Shown here piece after piece: positions 11,381 to 23,749 of a stretch of 64,000 nucleotides of DNA. Where the stretch lies: positions 4,958,093 through 5,022,092 of the forward strand of contig MU058687.1 in assembly GCA_013265495.1 (NCBI GenBank), given 5' to 3'. Each line of letters starts with the position of its first letter. Position 1 is the first letter of the stretch. The translations under genes and the position numbers were made by a program. The DNA comes from Vicugna vicugna (taxonomy: Eukaryota). Under the pieces are notes generated by a model, which was given only the letters and a program-made list of their open reading frames with translations, ran no database searches and had not been told where the DNA came from.

Positions 11381-14300
11381 TGATGATTGGTTTAAGAAAA
11401 TTAGTATAGCTTCTAATGAATAGGATCTATGTTTGGACCAATAGAGTATAAAAATGATATTGTAAAAGTTACTTTCTGAGCTAGACAAGAGTTCTCTCTA
11501 TCGTTAAGCTCTACAACTGAAACAGTTTTTACTTCTTTGGGGCCATGAACAAGTGTCAACTTTACGTCTTTGGAACCTTAAGGAGGACAGATGTATTGGG
11601 AAATTATTCAAGGATCCGCTTGCTTTCTTCGTCTTATCTTCCTCTGCTCTCTTTTCCTCTCATCCTAAGCGGTTTAACCCAGATGTAGTAAGTGCACGCT
11701 ATTTCTACATAAAGGCTGGAGCCACGGGTATGAACCAGCTGGGCCTTAATAGTTTCACGTCAGAGCTCTCTGCCCTTCACACTGCTGTAGGTCAACAGCG
11801 CATGTCGTAGGTGTCTCCGGAAGCGAAATATTTGATGATAGAACCAATATTACAATACTACAAAAGCAAATGACAATAACAGGCCAATTGTATAAAAAAA
11901 AAGTAGATGGAGATATACACACACACCCCTAACTTTTATTTTAAATAGAATGAAATATGACTAATGTTTTTTTTCTAAAATTCAGTTCCATGTAGCTGAG
12001 TGTCTGATCCACATCAATAATTTAAGGATCTCCTAGTGCAATTTACAGGCTTCTCAGTGTGTTTGAGAACTGCAGTCATTACATTTTTGGTCTAATTAGT
12101 AATGCACATATGCCTCTTTTTAATGACATTATGACATTACTATTCATAAGGCCATTCTTTTTTGAGGATAGCATCACTTTGTGTTGAAGAATTGATTTTA
12201 GTCTTGTTTAAATTTTCATATTGGTTGCTATATGAAATGTACAACTAAATGTCACTGAGGATTTCATATGAATGTACATGAATTTGTTGAGGCTTGTTCA
12301 ACTTTCAGAATAGTCCCTGTGTATGAATTCTTATATTTAGAATGTTGTTTGCTCTTCAGTCAGTCTAGCAAATGGGGCTCGGGGCAAATGAACTCATTCT
12401 CATGCACATGTTTCTAAAACATTTCTCACTAATGTTTGAGATAAATTAAAATAAAAACCAACAAGAACATGAAAAGAGACTAAGAACAATATTAATGTGG
12501 CCATTTAAACCGATTTGGTTTTCCAAAAGACCTTCCATCTCTCACGACTTTTAACAGTATGCAAGATTGCTATCCCTAGTGCCAGATACTATCAATCTGG
12601 TGTGGAAAACTTAAAACTTCTTTCTAAATGTCTTTAAAGCTGAGATGGAGAAGAATGACTCTCTCTCTTTCACTGTCGGAAAGGTCTAAGGTTGAATCTT
12701 GGCTATGCTGTCCTCCCAGCAAACATATGACTTATTGATTATCCAACATAGCTTCTTATTTTTCTAGCCTATACCAGAATTATCAGTTTGGACTTCTGAG
12801 TGTTACCAGAAATATTTAGCTTTCTATTCGCTGTTGACTTCGATAATCCATTCTGCAGTGAGTAGAACAAAGGTCATTACTGTATTTAATACTGGAACCA
12901 ATGACAGTTACAGAAAGCCCAAAGTAATAGAATACAGTCAAGGTGAATCTGGCATAACCCATTTGCCATTTCTCAGTTTCTCAGTATGTTGTTGTGACTG
13001 AAACTTGAGAGAGGTCAGAGCTTACGAAGACGGATGACATCCCTTGTGATACCCGTCTCCTGTAGGATAAGATTAAGAGTCATAGGTATAGGTTCTTTGT
13101 GGAAAAGTGCATGTTCCTTTTTTTATTAGGATGTGTGAGCATGTGGCCAACTGTATTCTGGATTACTAGAATCCAGTGCACCCAGATCTGCGAGGATGAT
13201 CATTAGCATGATCCCTAATCGGCATTTACATTAACAGGTAAAACTAAGCTCTTTCACCATGGGCTTATTGAAACACTAGGAAGTTAAGAGGCCTTTCCGT
13301 TTTTTTTGTTTGTTTGTTTTTTTTCTCCTAGTCTGCACCCTCCCTTTTTTGTTTCTGTGAGAAATAGGACTTCAAGGAAAACTTTAAATTCTATACTGCC
13401 GTCCAGAATTGTTAATTGTTCTTTCCATTCATTGCCCATTATCCTTTGATATGTTAATGTAGTACGCTTTCTGCCAGCCAGATAGGGTCCCATAATGCAG
13501 GCTGGAAACAGAGCCATAGCTGCTTCTCTTCATGAGTTTTTTGTTTGTTTTTATTTCTGGGTAGTCAAAATACTGAGTCAGCGTCTTAGAATAATTCGTT
13601 CAAAGGGGAAACCAATGAGGACTCTTTGAAGTATCTCGCGGTACTGCCACCCCTTTCCCGTGCTACCCCTCACAGAAGGCAGGGGCTAGTCCAGCCACCT
13701 GTGGGGCCTTCCCTGGGATGGGGCTGCCAGGACAAACTTCTGCTCACCTGGTGCTTTTCTCTTCAACCCTCACCCTGTCTCTGGCTTTTAGACTTCTTTA
13801 AAAATAGTTTCCAAGCCACTCTGTTCTGAGATTTTTATTTCACTTTCCATGTTGATAATTTGGATTGTGCTTCCCTGTATTCCAATACTGTAGGACTATG
13901 AGTCAAAAGGAACTTAGAATCCACCAGCTTCTACTTGATCGCTTTGAGGCTGGTTAACAAGACAGAATGGTTCCCAAAGCATGGCTTTATTATTTTGTGG
14001 TCTGAAGCATATTTATTAGGGTGTATCTCCACAACACCACTCTCCACGTCTGTCCTAATTAGACAAACCATCCGAGGGTGGTAACAACATTTAAGGAAGG
14101 AAGACAGGGGCATGCTAACAGTTAAAAGCATTATATTTGAGCCTTGAAACTAATTAGATATTTCATGCTTGGAAGAAGTATCCCTAACAGGCTTTCTGAA
14201 TGGATGCTCGTTCCGGAAAGACCTCATTAGGAAGGAAAGAGAGACTGAGTAAACATATAAAACCTGTGTCTATTAATGGTAATAAAATATAGATGCTCAA

Positions 14301-15016
14301 AAAGTCTGAATGTGCTATATCTGTATATTTCTAGCTGCTTTTATTTACAGATATTTACTTTGGGATTCCTTTGATTTTAAACTGTGGGAAGAAAATCTGG
14401 ACAAAAGGATAGAGATAACAAGGGTTATCTGTAATATTATACCTATTTTGCATAGGTGATGGGATGCCTGGGCCCCCTTTGTGGAATAGGAAGACTCCTT
14501 TGGCCATCAAGGCTTAAGTTGTTTTCTTTGGCTTTTCTCTGCTGGAAGGTAGAGAAGTTACAAACCCCTGAAAGGAGACTGAGGATGTGCATGGCCCCGT
14601 GGAGTGAGGATGCAGTAGAGTGAGTGTGGAACATGCATGACTTAAGACACTGAGAGTCCCCTACCTCATTATGAAACTCACCTGATACTCACAAGTCAAG
14701 GGGACCCTTGTTCCTCCATTGACCCAATCAAAGTGTGGCTGGAATGAGATGGAGAAGAGTGATGGTAAACCCAACCTCTGACCGATTCCCATCTCAAGCC
14801 ACGTTTCCGAAACGTGATGGAGCACTGCATAGCTAAGACTAACCTGACCTCAAACCTGTCGACCAAGGGCAGAGTGACTTCGACTCCACCTCCACTAAAG
14901 ATAAATTGATCTCTATCTCTAAAAACTTCATAAAACACACCCAAAATCTAGGATGTTTTTTTAATGACTTATTGACTTTTCAGATTGTTCTTTAAGCTGT
15001 TTTTTAAACTTTAAAG

Positions 15017-15106
15017 GCAACACTGATAATGAACGCTTCCAAATGGTAAAACAGAAAATCCCCTTCAAATATAACCGGCCCGTAGAGGAGTGGCTGCAGG
15101 AAAAAG
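15017..15106 (+). CDS. NRXN3: Neurexin-3 splice site 4 (SS4/AS4) cassette exon, 30-aa insert in LNS6
   Basis: Acceptor ...aactttaaAG (15015-16) and donor AAG|GTaact (15107). It is 90 nt, phase 1/1, and translates as (G)[29 protein letters not shown](G), the recognisable NRXN3 SS4 insert. It is not in the ORF track. Confidence 0.97.
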
Positions 15107-15420
15107 GTAACTGTCGTTAAAACTTTCATTTTAAAATCATTTGATTCTAAACCCTCATTTTTAAAGCCTGCAAATAAATGTTCCTTAAATGATAATCGCC
15201 TGCTGCATAAATGACTGTTTTAATTTTCATTATAATTTGTGTCAGCTTCCACCTGCCATATGTTGATAAATCATGCTATAATACATTGCCATTAAAATAC
15301 AGTTAAAGGGACTAACATCTAGCTTTCTATCAGCATGACAACCACAAACAAGAAATTCCAGGAACCTTTAAAAAAGAAATGTATTATGGCAATTTAACCA
15401 CTGCATGACATTATTTGTTA
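15107..15420 (+). promoter_or_regulatory. Intronic splicing-regulatory region downstream of SS4 (UWAA-rich; RBFOX, QKI and YCAY motifs)
   Basis: About 11 TTAA/TAAA sites in 15107-15310, clustered TCAT, ACTAAC at 15311-16 and TGCATG at 15402-07. STAR-family (KHDRBS) control of neurexin AS4 via UWAA elements is established. Confidence 0.6.
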
Positions 15421-17019
15421 ATTTGTTTTAAATTACCTCTTATACCAAAGCTTTCTAAAGAAATTTCAAAAAGCACTTTTTAAACTTACATCTTGAGACG
15501 GTTTTGGCTTTACTGTCTGTAGCATGGTTAGCAACAACCACCAAAAAAATCATAGATGGACTCTTGTAACCTAAACTGCTTAAAACAAATATTATAAAGG
15601 GAGCAAAGCTTTTTTTCTTTTTAACATCTGTTTTTAAATGAGGGAAAAAAAATAAGAAAGATGAATTTTGCCTTTAGCATTGAACTAACAGAGGCAAATA
15701 TATTTCATAAGGAGCGAATTGCATCCTAGTTACTGACGGAAACTAAAAGAAATTAAACTCGTTTTACACTTTGGTTGTGTGATCCCCTTGTGTATTTGAC
15801 GTTTCTGCAACAAAAGTGTACGTGGTTAGGACAATGAGTTCGAAAAGGAAAGACTAATGGGAGGCAAAACCAGAAGTTTCTTATTTGCTGAAGAAAACAA
15901 CCACTTTGTTAATAAAAGAGGGCGGCGGTTATACCTGCTGTTAGAATTTTCTGTGTGGCTCCTAGTCATTGGATGTAAACTATAACCTTTCAATGAAAAA
16001 AATAACTCTCTCTTTAAGAAGCTATTTACTCTGGGTTTTTTTTTTCCGAGCCAATATAAACTATTCTTGTCCTAAGACTTTAAGTGAGTTTTTAAAATAT
16101 ATGGAGAATTGATTGAGTTATATATAAAAAGTAATGGGGTATATTAATATGCAACTTAAAAAACAGAAGACAGCTACAGTTTTAAGTGGCGTGAAAACAT
16201 TCAGACCTTTAAACACGGAAAATCCTCACAGAATCTTAACTGTTTGCCCTGTTTTTAACGTGTGTGGTCTAATTAAAAATAAATTAAGAATAACTCTAAA
16301 AAGCAAATAATTTTGTCTAGTAATCACCAGCTCATAAAGTCCCTTTAACATTAAAGATGATGATTGCCTCACTTCTTAAAAAGGATAGGACGACCAGATG
16401 CATGTCTGAGTCCATGTGCCTGAGAAAACTTTTTTGTTTCTTTCAACTTTCTGTTAATAATATTTTGTTTTCCTCCATTGCCTTTCGAAGTCTAAGTTCA
16501 ATGGCATGCCAGGCATTTTCATTTGTATAAATCATTATGAAGTTCGTAGTAGGCTTTCAGTTTTCCTTGCGATAGCATTGTTACCAGCCGGCTTTCATAC
16601 AGAAGGATACTTTCAAACACACAAGGAAACAAAGTCGAGTGGGTGGGACCGGGTGGGGGTGGTTCAGGTGGGAGGGAGGGAGGAATTCCAGCTTAACTGA
16701 ATATGTGCATGTTTGTATATGCAAATAATATTGAAAAGAATTATTTGCACACTGGGAGTTTCCTCTCTTCTACATTGTTTTAACCAGAATTACTTTCTTG
16801 CTTCATTTAGGTAAGTAACATCTATTCGCTCTATTGCTTTACCTCTTCCTCTGTCCAGCTGACTTGCCCTTCAAAAGAAATAGAAAGTGTATTCCAGAAG
16901 ACTTTGTTGGGACAAGGAATGGAAAAGGGTAAACCCAGAAAGATGATTAGACAGAGGTATTTGGAAGTACTTGGGATGCCCCTGTGGGGTTATTTCTGTC
17001 ATTGGAGAAGAGATCTGGG

Positions 17020-17190
17020 TCACAGCATTTCCAAGTCTGTTTTCTGACTCTGTCTACTATTGACTCTCTGACCTGAGACAATCCACTTAACCTCTTTATA
17101 TCTCAGATTTCCCATCTGAGGAGAGGAGAAATAATAATGCCTATTCCCCAAGGGTGTTCTGAGGTTTAATTAATTAGTCTTTGTGCAACA
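17020..17190 (+). mobile_element. MIR SINE
   Basis: ctgacctgagacaatccacttaacctctttatatctcagatttcccatctg...aataataatgccta...gggtgttctgaggtttaat. Confidence 0.8.
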
Positions 17191-20100
17191 CTGACTGGAG
17201 ACGTGCAAAGATTTAATTTAAGCAGTATGTGAACTTGGTGTCCAATTGAGGTAACAATTAATGACTTCCAAGAGGATGGGCACCCAAAACAAAACACAAA
17301 GTCACCTGCTACGAATCCTGTACTAGAGCTATAACCAAATTTTGTATTATTGATGATAGAACAATGATCAGATTGAGATATAGAGATACAGATACAATCA
17401 TGGTCTCTCCTTATAAAAAATACAGTTGCTTGTAATGAGTCTCGATAAGGAGATCTGGCATTGATTTTGAGGAATTTGGGCAAATGATACAACTTCCTCC
17501 ACTCAGTCCCTTACATCCTTCAGTAGGGAGATGATAGCGATGATTGTTTGTCACTTACTCACTTACTCCTGCTTACCTGAGAGAGAGAAGTTGATCAGAG
17601 AAAGAGATGGCAGGAGACTTGAATAGCTCACTATTTAGCTCACTATTCCTTTAGTGCCTGCCAGCTATTAACCACCTAATCTAAGGTACAGAGGGCTAAG
17701 AAAGGGTTTTGAAACAGAAGAAAGACCAATCTAGCCAGAATAAACCATGAAACAGACAAGCAAACAAAAATTCAATTACTTCAGTGGTTTAATCTTCTAG
17801 CCCAGGAAACGTATCTTGCCTTTCTCCGTTCTTGGATCAGTCTTGAACAAGCAAAGATCACTTTTTGGAGTGAACTATGGCTAGAATAAAGGAAATCCAT
17901 CATTTCTAGCCAGTGTATTTCATTCAACTTTGCATTTCAGTTCTCTGACCTTTTTATTTGTAAGCATTAAAAGAATAGCATCACTAAGAAAATAAGATGA
18001 AGATACCATTATAAGTGTGAAGCACTTTTGGAAATATTGGAAATATAAAATCTTCTACCTGTAATCCATTATAACCATTAACTGATCATCAGTGTTGGAC
18101 TATATACAAAAAAAGGAAAGGAACAAATGTTTTGGTTGGTTAACTGTTATGTGAATGGGAGGGATAGCCAGACATTGGGGCTCTCTTACCTAAGGTACTG
18201 AATTTTAGCCCTAGAGATTTCCTCTTAGGCAATTTCTTACTATGTTAAGCCACTCCAAACACCTATGCAAGGCTGAGTGCATATTTATTCTCCCCTTCCA
18301 TTGTGGCATTTCTTTTGTAGTAAGCTTGGGCTCCCAGGAAAAGCTACTGTCAAAAAATAAACAGTAAAGAGGTATGCGCTCCAGGCCATTACCCAGTGTC
18401 ACCGTGCACTGAACTTTTTGCTGCATCTTATGTGGGAAATGAGAAGCCAAAGGATAGAGCATGATGCATGTGCATGGGGCACTGCAGGACTTGGTGGGGA
18501 AATAATGGAAATCTAGTAGATCTGTCTGATTGGACCCTTAGGATCTGGGCAATTCTCTTATCACTAAGGCCAGTAGATTCCATTTCCATACTCCAGGAAT
18601 TTTTATAGAGATCGTTTTCACTATAACAAAATTATCTGGCCAATTCTCCACACTGTAGTGTTTTAGTTTTCCAAAGGGGTGTTATTTATAAATCCTTCTT
18701 GACTAACATACCCTTTAGAGTCATTCAGTGAGTAAAGTTGGCTCTTGTACAAAGAGTTGCCTCTGAGCAGATGCAGTTTCCCTTCTCTGCCTCTTCCATT
18801 CCAACCCTTTTTTATACGTTAAGAAGGGATTCCACATTATATACCAGAAATTCAAGGATAGCTAATCATTGTGTAGACTTAAAGGCCATGTAATGGTGGT
18901 AGAGGTTTAGAGCCCAAACATCACAGTATGCTTTTATTCATGTTAGAGATTGTAGAGCAAAAACCTCCATCTTTTAAAAATAGACTTCCTTTTATTAAAC
19001 AGGCAATTATAACAGAACATTGATCCCAGTCATTTATAGCTAAAATAATTCGGATGATTAGATTAAGAATGAATGAAGCATTTTCTGATCACTGGCTAAG
19101 AATGGAGAAAAAGTCAAAAAGGATCTATTTAATTTCATTAAAAATAATTTTTCATCCTTCTCTGAATGGAAAAGCTGAAGGAAATAATCTGGAGAAGTAA
19201 TAGCACAGAAGGCCTTATTCTTAAAAAGCTATTCAGAGTTTTTTAAAAGTAGAAATAGTTGGGGGGAAGATAAGTTGAGTTACACCATTCTAAGCTCTAT
19301 CCTGCCGTGATTTTTTTCTGATAGTTTTCTGTCCACAAAAGCATAAATGGTACCCAAATGGGAACTTCAAATAAGGTGAGCTACTATTTTCTTTAATCTA
19401 CTAACATACTTTAATATCATTTGAAGCAGTTTTATGTGTTACTTTTTTTCCTTAGCACCTACCCCCCCTTAAAATTCATTGATTTTGAATGACATCTTTT
19501 TTCTTCCCCTCTCCCCAACTGACACAATCAATGCCTACTTATTTTCCGCATCTTAGAGATTTAGTTGCGTGATGTCATCTCCCCTCCCCCAAATTAATAA
19601 AGATAGGAAATGATCTGTTATGATATTTGTCTAACAGCAAGTATGGATAGAATAGTATGAATTAGGAAGATTTCTACAAAATGAGGTATTTGATGACTAA
19701 AATGTTTACTTTTATAAATGTACAATGAATCCAAGTCTCTTAACTGTAATCTAATTTCAGTTAATTTAACTGAATTATCAGACCTAGTTTTTTAATTCAG
19801 TGTTCTGAGTTACCTCACTGAGTTTTGATTTGCCATATATAATCTTTTTTAGTTTTCATCATGTCACTTTGTAGGTTAGAAAAATCAGTACAATAGGTGT
19901 TGATGATTTATTATTGTCATCACCTGATTTCGGGGTTTTTTCCCTCTCATCTGCAACTGCATACCCAAGAAGACTACAATACTGCTCATCACTGAACCAA
20001 GATTTCTCCTGCCTCATGATAAAGAAATTAGTGAACAAATACTCAATTATTCAGGTTATCTAGGGTTTTCAGCTAGACAGTGGAAGAGATAAACATAGTG

Positions 20101-20262
20101 AAATGTTACTTGCCAATGTTTGTACTGAATTTTTGTTATCCAATTTCTTCCCCTTCAATTGCTCAAGGAAACATGTTTTGATGCCTGGTCCAGTCAGACC
20201 AGGTAAGGCAAACAGAAAAAAATGTACGGGAATAATGATGTTTCCTCCACCCAACCCACTAG

Positions 20263-20570
20263 GCCGGCAGTTAACCATCTTCAACACCCAGGCGCAAATA
20301 GCCATCGGTGGAAAGGATAAAGGACGTCTCTTCCAAGGCCAGCTTTCTGGGCTCTATTATGATGGTTTGAAAGTACTGAACATGGCAGCTGAGAACAACC
20401 CCAATATTAAAATCAATGGAAGTGTCCGGCTGGTAGGAGAAGTCCCATCAATCTTGGGAACAACACAGACGACCTCCATGCCACCAGAAATGTCTACCAC
20501 TGTCATGGAAACCACCACTACAATGGCCACTACCACAACTCGCAAGAACCGCTCTACGGCCAGCATTCAG
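20263..20570 (+). CDS. NRXN3: Neurexin-3 exon after SS4: C-terminal LNS6 plus O-glycosylated Thr/Ser-rich stalk
   Basis: Acceptor cccactAG (20261-62) and donor CAG|GTAAGT (20571). It is 308 nt, phase 1/0, and encodes [103 protein letters not shown]. The phase matches the SS4 exon. Confidence 0.98.
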
Positions 20571-23500
20571 GTAAGTTTTTCTCCAAAAATTAATTGATTC
20601 TGCATCTTTGTCTTTGAGACATTGCTATCATAATGAGTGTTGCTATGTAGCTAAAGAGTATGAATTGCTATGTTTATAGGAAGGATACCCACAGATGATG
20701 CTCATAGTAATAAGACCCAGGAGTAGAGCAAGACAAAGTCATTGTTACAGAAGTGGGAAAAGTCTTGTGTGCACTCATGGATTATTATTCCTATCATGTT
20801 CCTATCATAGTCATCCCTGAAATGGTAAAGCTGTTATTCAAAATGAGCAATGGACAACATTTTCACTATGAAATACTCCTCATTTTATTACCTTTTTTTT
20901 CAATAGCAGAAAGGGAAAGAGCAGAAAGGAAAATTTGTTACCAGCAGAAGACTTTATCCTAATTCAGTGCTATTCGCATCGTCCTCATGGCTTTGCTGGG
21001 ACATGAATTGTTCATTTTTCAGGCCAATGGGTAGCATTAAACTAAGGGCAATTGAAGCTAGAGGTTCAACTAATCCTTATAAAATGCAGTATCTGTTTTT
21101 GATATTAAATGTTGATTAATATCTCATTATTTTTTGTCCACTTTGTTTCTTTTATATTTGAGCAAGATCCTAATTACATTAGAAAATGTGAAGGTGTGAG
21201 TTTAGCTATGTAGGGAGTCCTTAATTTTGTGGTAACGTTTTTGTTTTGTCACCTAAAAGTAATTATACTCAAGCTAAAGCTTAATGCTTTGCTGACTTCC
21301 TTGGCATTTCATAAATCTAGTTAGTAGCGGGTAGAAGGTTAATCGAGTTATTAGCCCTCAATACTCTGGCAAAAAAATAAGACATTTCAATGGCTTGTGG
21401 GGAAATGACCCCTAGCCTAGTTAGTGTTTGTAGAAGATTCAGTAGATCAGTACTTGTCCTTTGTTTCTCAGTTTTAAGGCATTATCCAGGGTTCAGCTGA
21501 GTCTTTGACATCTCCCTTCCGTTGACTTCAGTGGTCATTGTTAAAGTCAATAATCAATCAAAGCCCTTAACGTGTTCCCGTTCTTGTGAATTAAGATTAC
21601 GTGAGTTAGGTAGAGGTAAAAGTGTGGTCTTTTCCCTTTTCTTTGAGCAGAAATATCCAGACACCTCCTTACGTGACTCCACAGGGACAATCTGAAGCAG
21701 ATGCACTGATGATGTTATCAGGCCAATTTTAGGAGTTTTAGAAAAGCTACTAAGAACCTGGCTACTTAGCAGTCTTGCAGTCGCATGTGCTGTTACATGC
21801 ATACCTATACAAGTGCTCCCAAAAAATAGCTTCTTCTCTCCTGATATTAAAGCAATAACTCCTGACACTTCACTATACTCGCTGAAAAGAAGATAAAAGG
21901 CAATATGTATTTCTATTATGACTCTCTACAGCTCAAGCGCAGATCTGTTTATTGTTGGTGAAAGGATAGTTCTGTCTGCACAGGTCTTGGCAGACTTGTT
22001 CTGTTTCTGTCAGAATACATTCCACTAACTCTGTGGGAAGCAGAGGAGCAAATGGCTTTTTCCTCATAGGAAAGGATGATCCTACAGTCTTTTCAAGGCC
22101 AAATTTTTACTGACCTCAGAAGGATTTACTGCTACATGGGGATCCAGGGACTAAGCCACGGTAATTATCGGTTTTTGGCTTTCCCTCCAGCAGCAAATAC
22201 ATAAATGGGAGCAGACTGGGTGAGTCTTTGCACAAACTAAGAGAGCCAGAGTAGGACACACGGTTCAAAAGCCTTGTTAGTGATTGTGACTCTAAACATC
22301 ATAGAACCTGGTGTCATTTTAGAAGACAACAGCTGTGGACAGCTAGAGAATACCCTCTTTAACAGCCTCCTTTCTGGTGTTTCCTTTTTTTTTTAAGTCC
22401 AGTAATAATTGGATTATGTCTATATGTCTTTCCTTTTGCTTCCACAGATAAGGCTGTAAAAATGAGTTATAAATCTGTTGATGCTCTTTGTTATTAAGGG
22501 TGTATATATATATATAAAGTACTCTTGAAGGAAAGCCAACAGACTAGCTGAATTGGATTAGACTGGGATGAGGGATAAAAAAGCCCCATATTCTTTGTAA
22601 AGATTAGCTAAAAGAATTAACTATGCCAACTTTGTGTTCTTGCCAACTAGCCATGAGAACTTTGCCCTGGGCTTCATAAAAACTCAATAGCCTGCCCGTC
22701 TCCAAGTCTAACCCTCTCTCAAATACAGACTGTAGATGACATCAAGCTTTTGTTGTGACTGAGGACCCAACAACCCCTGGACTCTATGGATTCTTCCCAA
22801 GGTTTAGGACAGTTCCCAGACTCTGAAGATTTTAGGTAAAGAAGGGCATTCTCAGGAGTTCTACTGTGTCCTGTGTCATCCAGCTAACTTTCTTGGATGA
22901 AGTGGACTCATAAAGATTTGATCTCTGGGAAATCCTCAGGAAAAAAAAAAAGTGAGGAAGACTGGATTTCACGTTCACTGGGTCCATCATTCATTCATAA
23001 GTTTCACCTATATGTGAAATCTTACAGCCATTTACAAGTGATACTCTGTTCTGTCTTCCTTTGCTTTGATAATATTGCTAGAGTAGCGTTGTCCTAAAGT
23101 TAGACTCTTCCAGGAGAAACAAAATAAGCATGTGTATTCACAAGTATAAAAATCTGGTTATTGAAAAAAATCTACAGCCTATTTCTTTAAGCATAAGGTA
23201 AGAAAACACCATGTGAGCACTTCCTTTCTGATAGACCTTGGTTAATGTTGATGTCAGATCAAAGGAAAACTGTGAAGTGCTTTTAGTGCTGCTCTTAACT
23301 GTGTGTGAATGTGAACAAATCGTTTTTTGAGTTTATATGGCCCTCCAGTGCTCCAGCCTCCTGGAAGTAATTGGCACTTTGATCTTTCTGATACCATAGC
23401 TTGTTACAGAACTACTTGAGAATTACAGGGACTATGTTAGATTACTCGCAGCTATGGCATCAGGTCCTCACCCTATATTAAGAAGGATATCTCTAGATGC

Positions 23501-23749
23501 TCTACTGATTAAAAAAGGAAGTTAAGATTGAGAAAGCAGGTAGGTAGGTAGGTGATAATTTTCAAATAAAGGTCTAGCACTTAGTAGATGCTCAATAAAC
23601 ATTTATCGAATAAATCAGAAAAAAAAGATAGGCTTTATTGCATACTTTATCATCATTTAACAATCAGAAGTGCTGTGGCTTGTGGAAGATTTTCCCTCCA
23701 AGGTGAGCAGTGTGCTTTGGACAATTTAAATTTTTTTTCCAGTGGTGAA

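Larger units (their letters stand above)
15107..20262 (+). other. NRXN3: NRXN3 intron between SS4 exon and next exon (5156 nt, GT-AG)
   Basis: Bounded by the GT at 15107 and the AG at 20261-62 of the two exons. Confidence 0.93.

Noticed and set aside
20168..20202. Possible 35-nt exon (ctcaAG...CAG|GTAAGG) just before the 308-nt exon
   Set aside because: It would leave only a 60-nt intron to 20263, which is below the usual mammalian minimum, and it would frameshift.
20357..20566. Antisense Val-rich ORF
   Set aside because: It is the mirror of the Thr-rich NRXN3 codons.
20103..20597. 164-aa ORF as a stand-alone gene
   Set aside because: Only 20263-20570 is neurexin sequence and it is bounded by splice sites. 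The flanks are intronic read-through.
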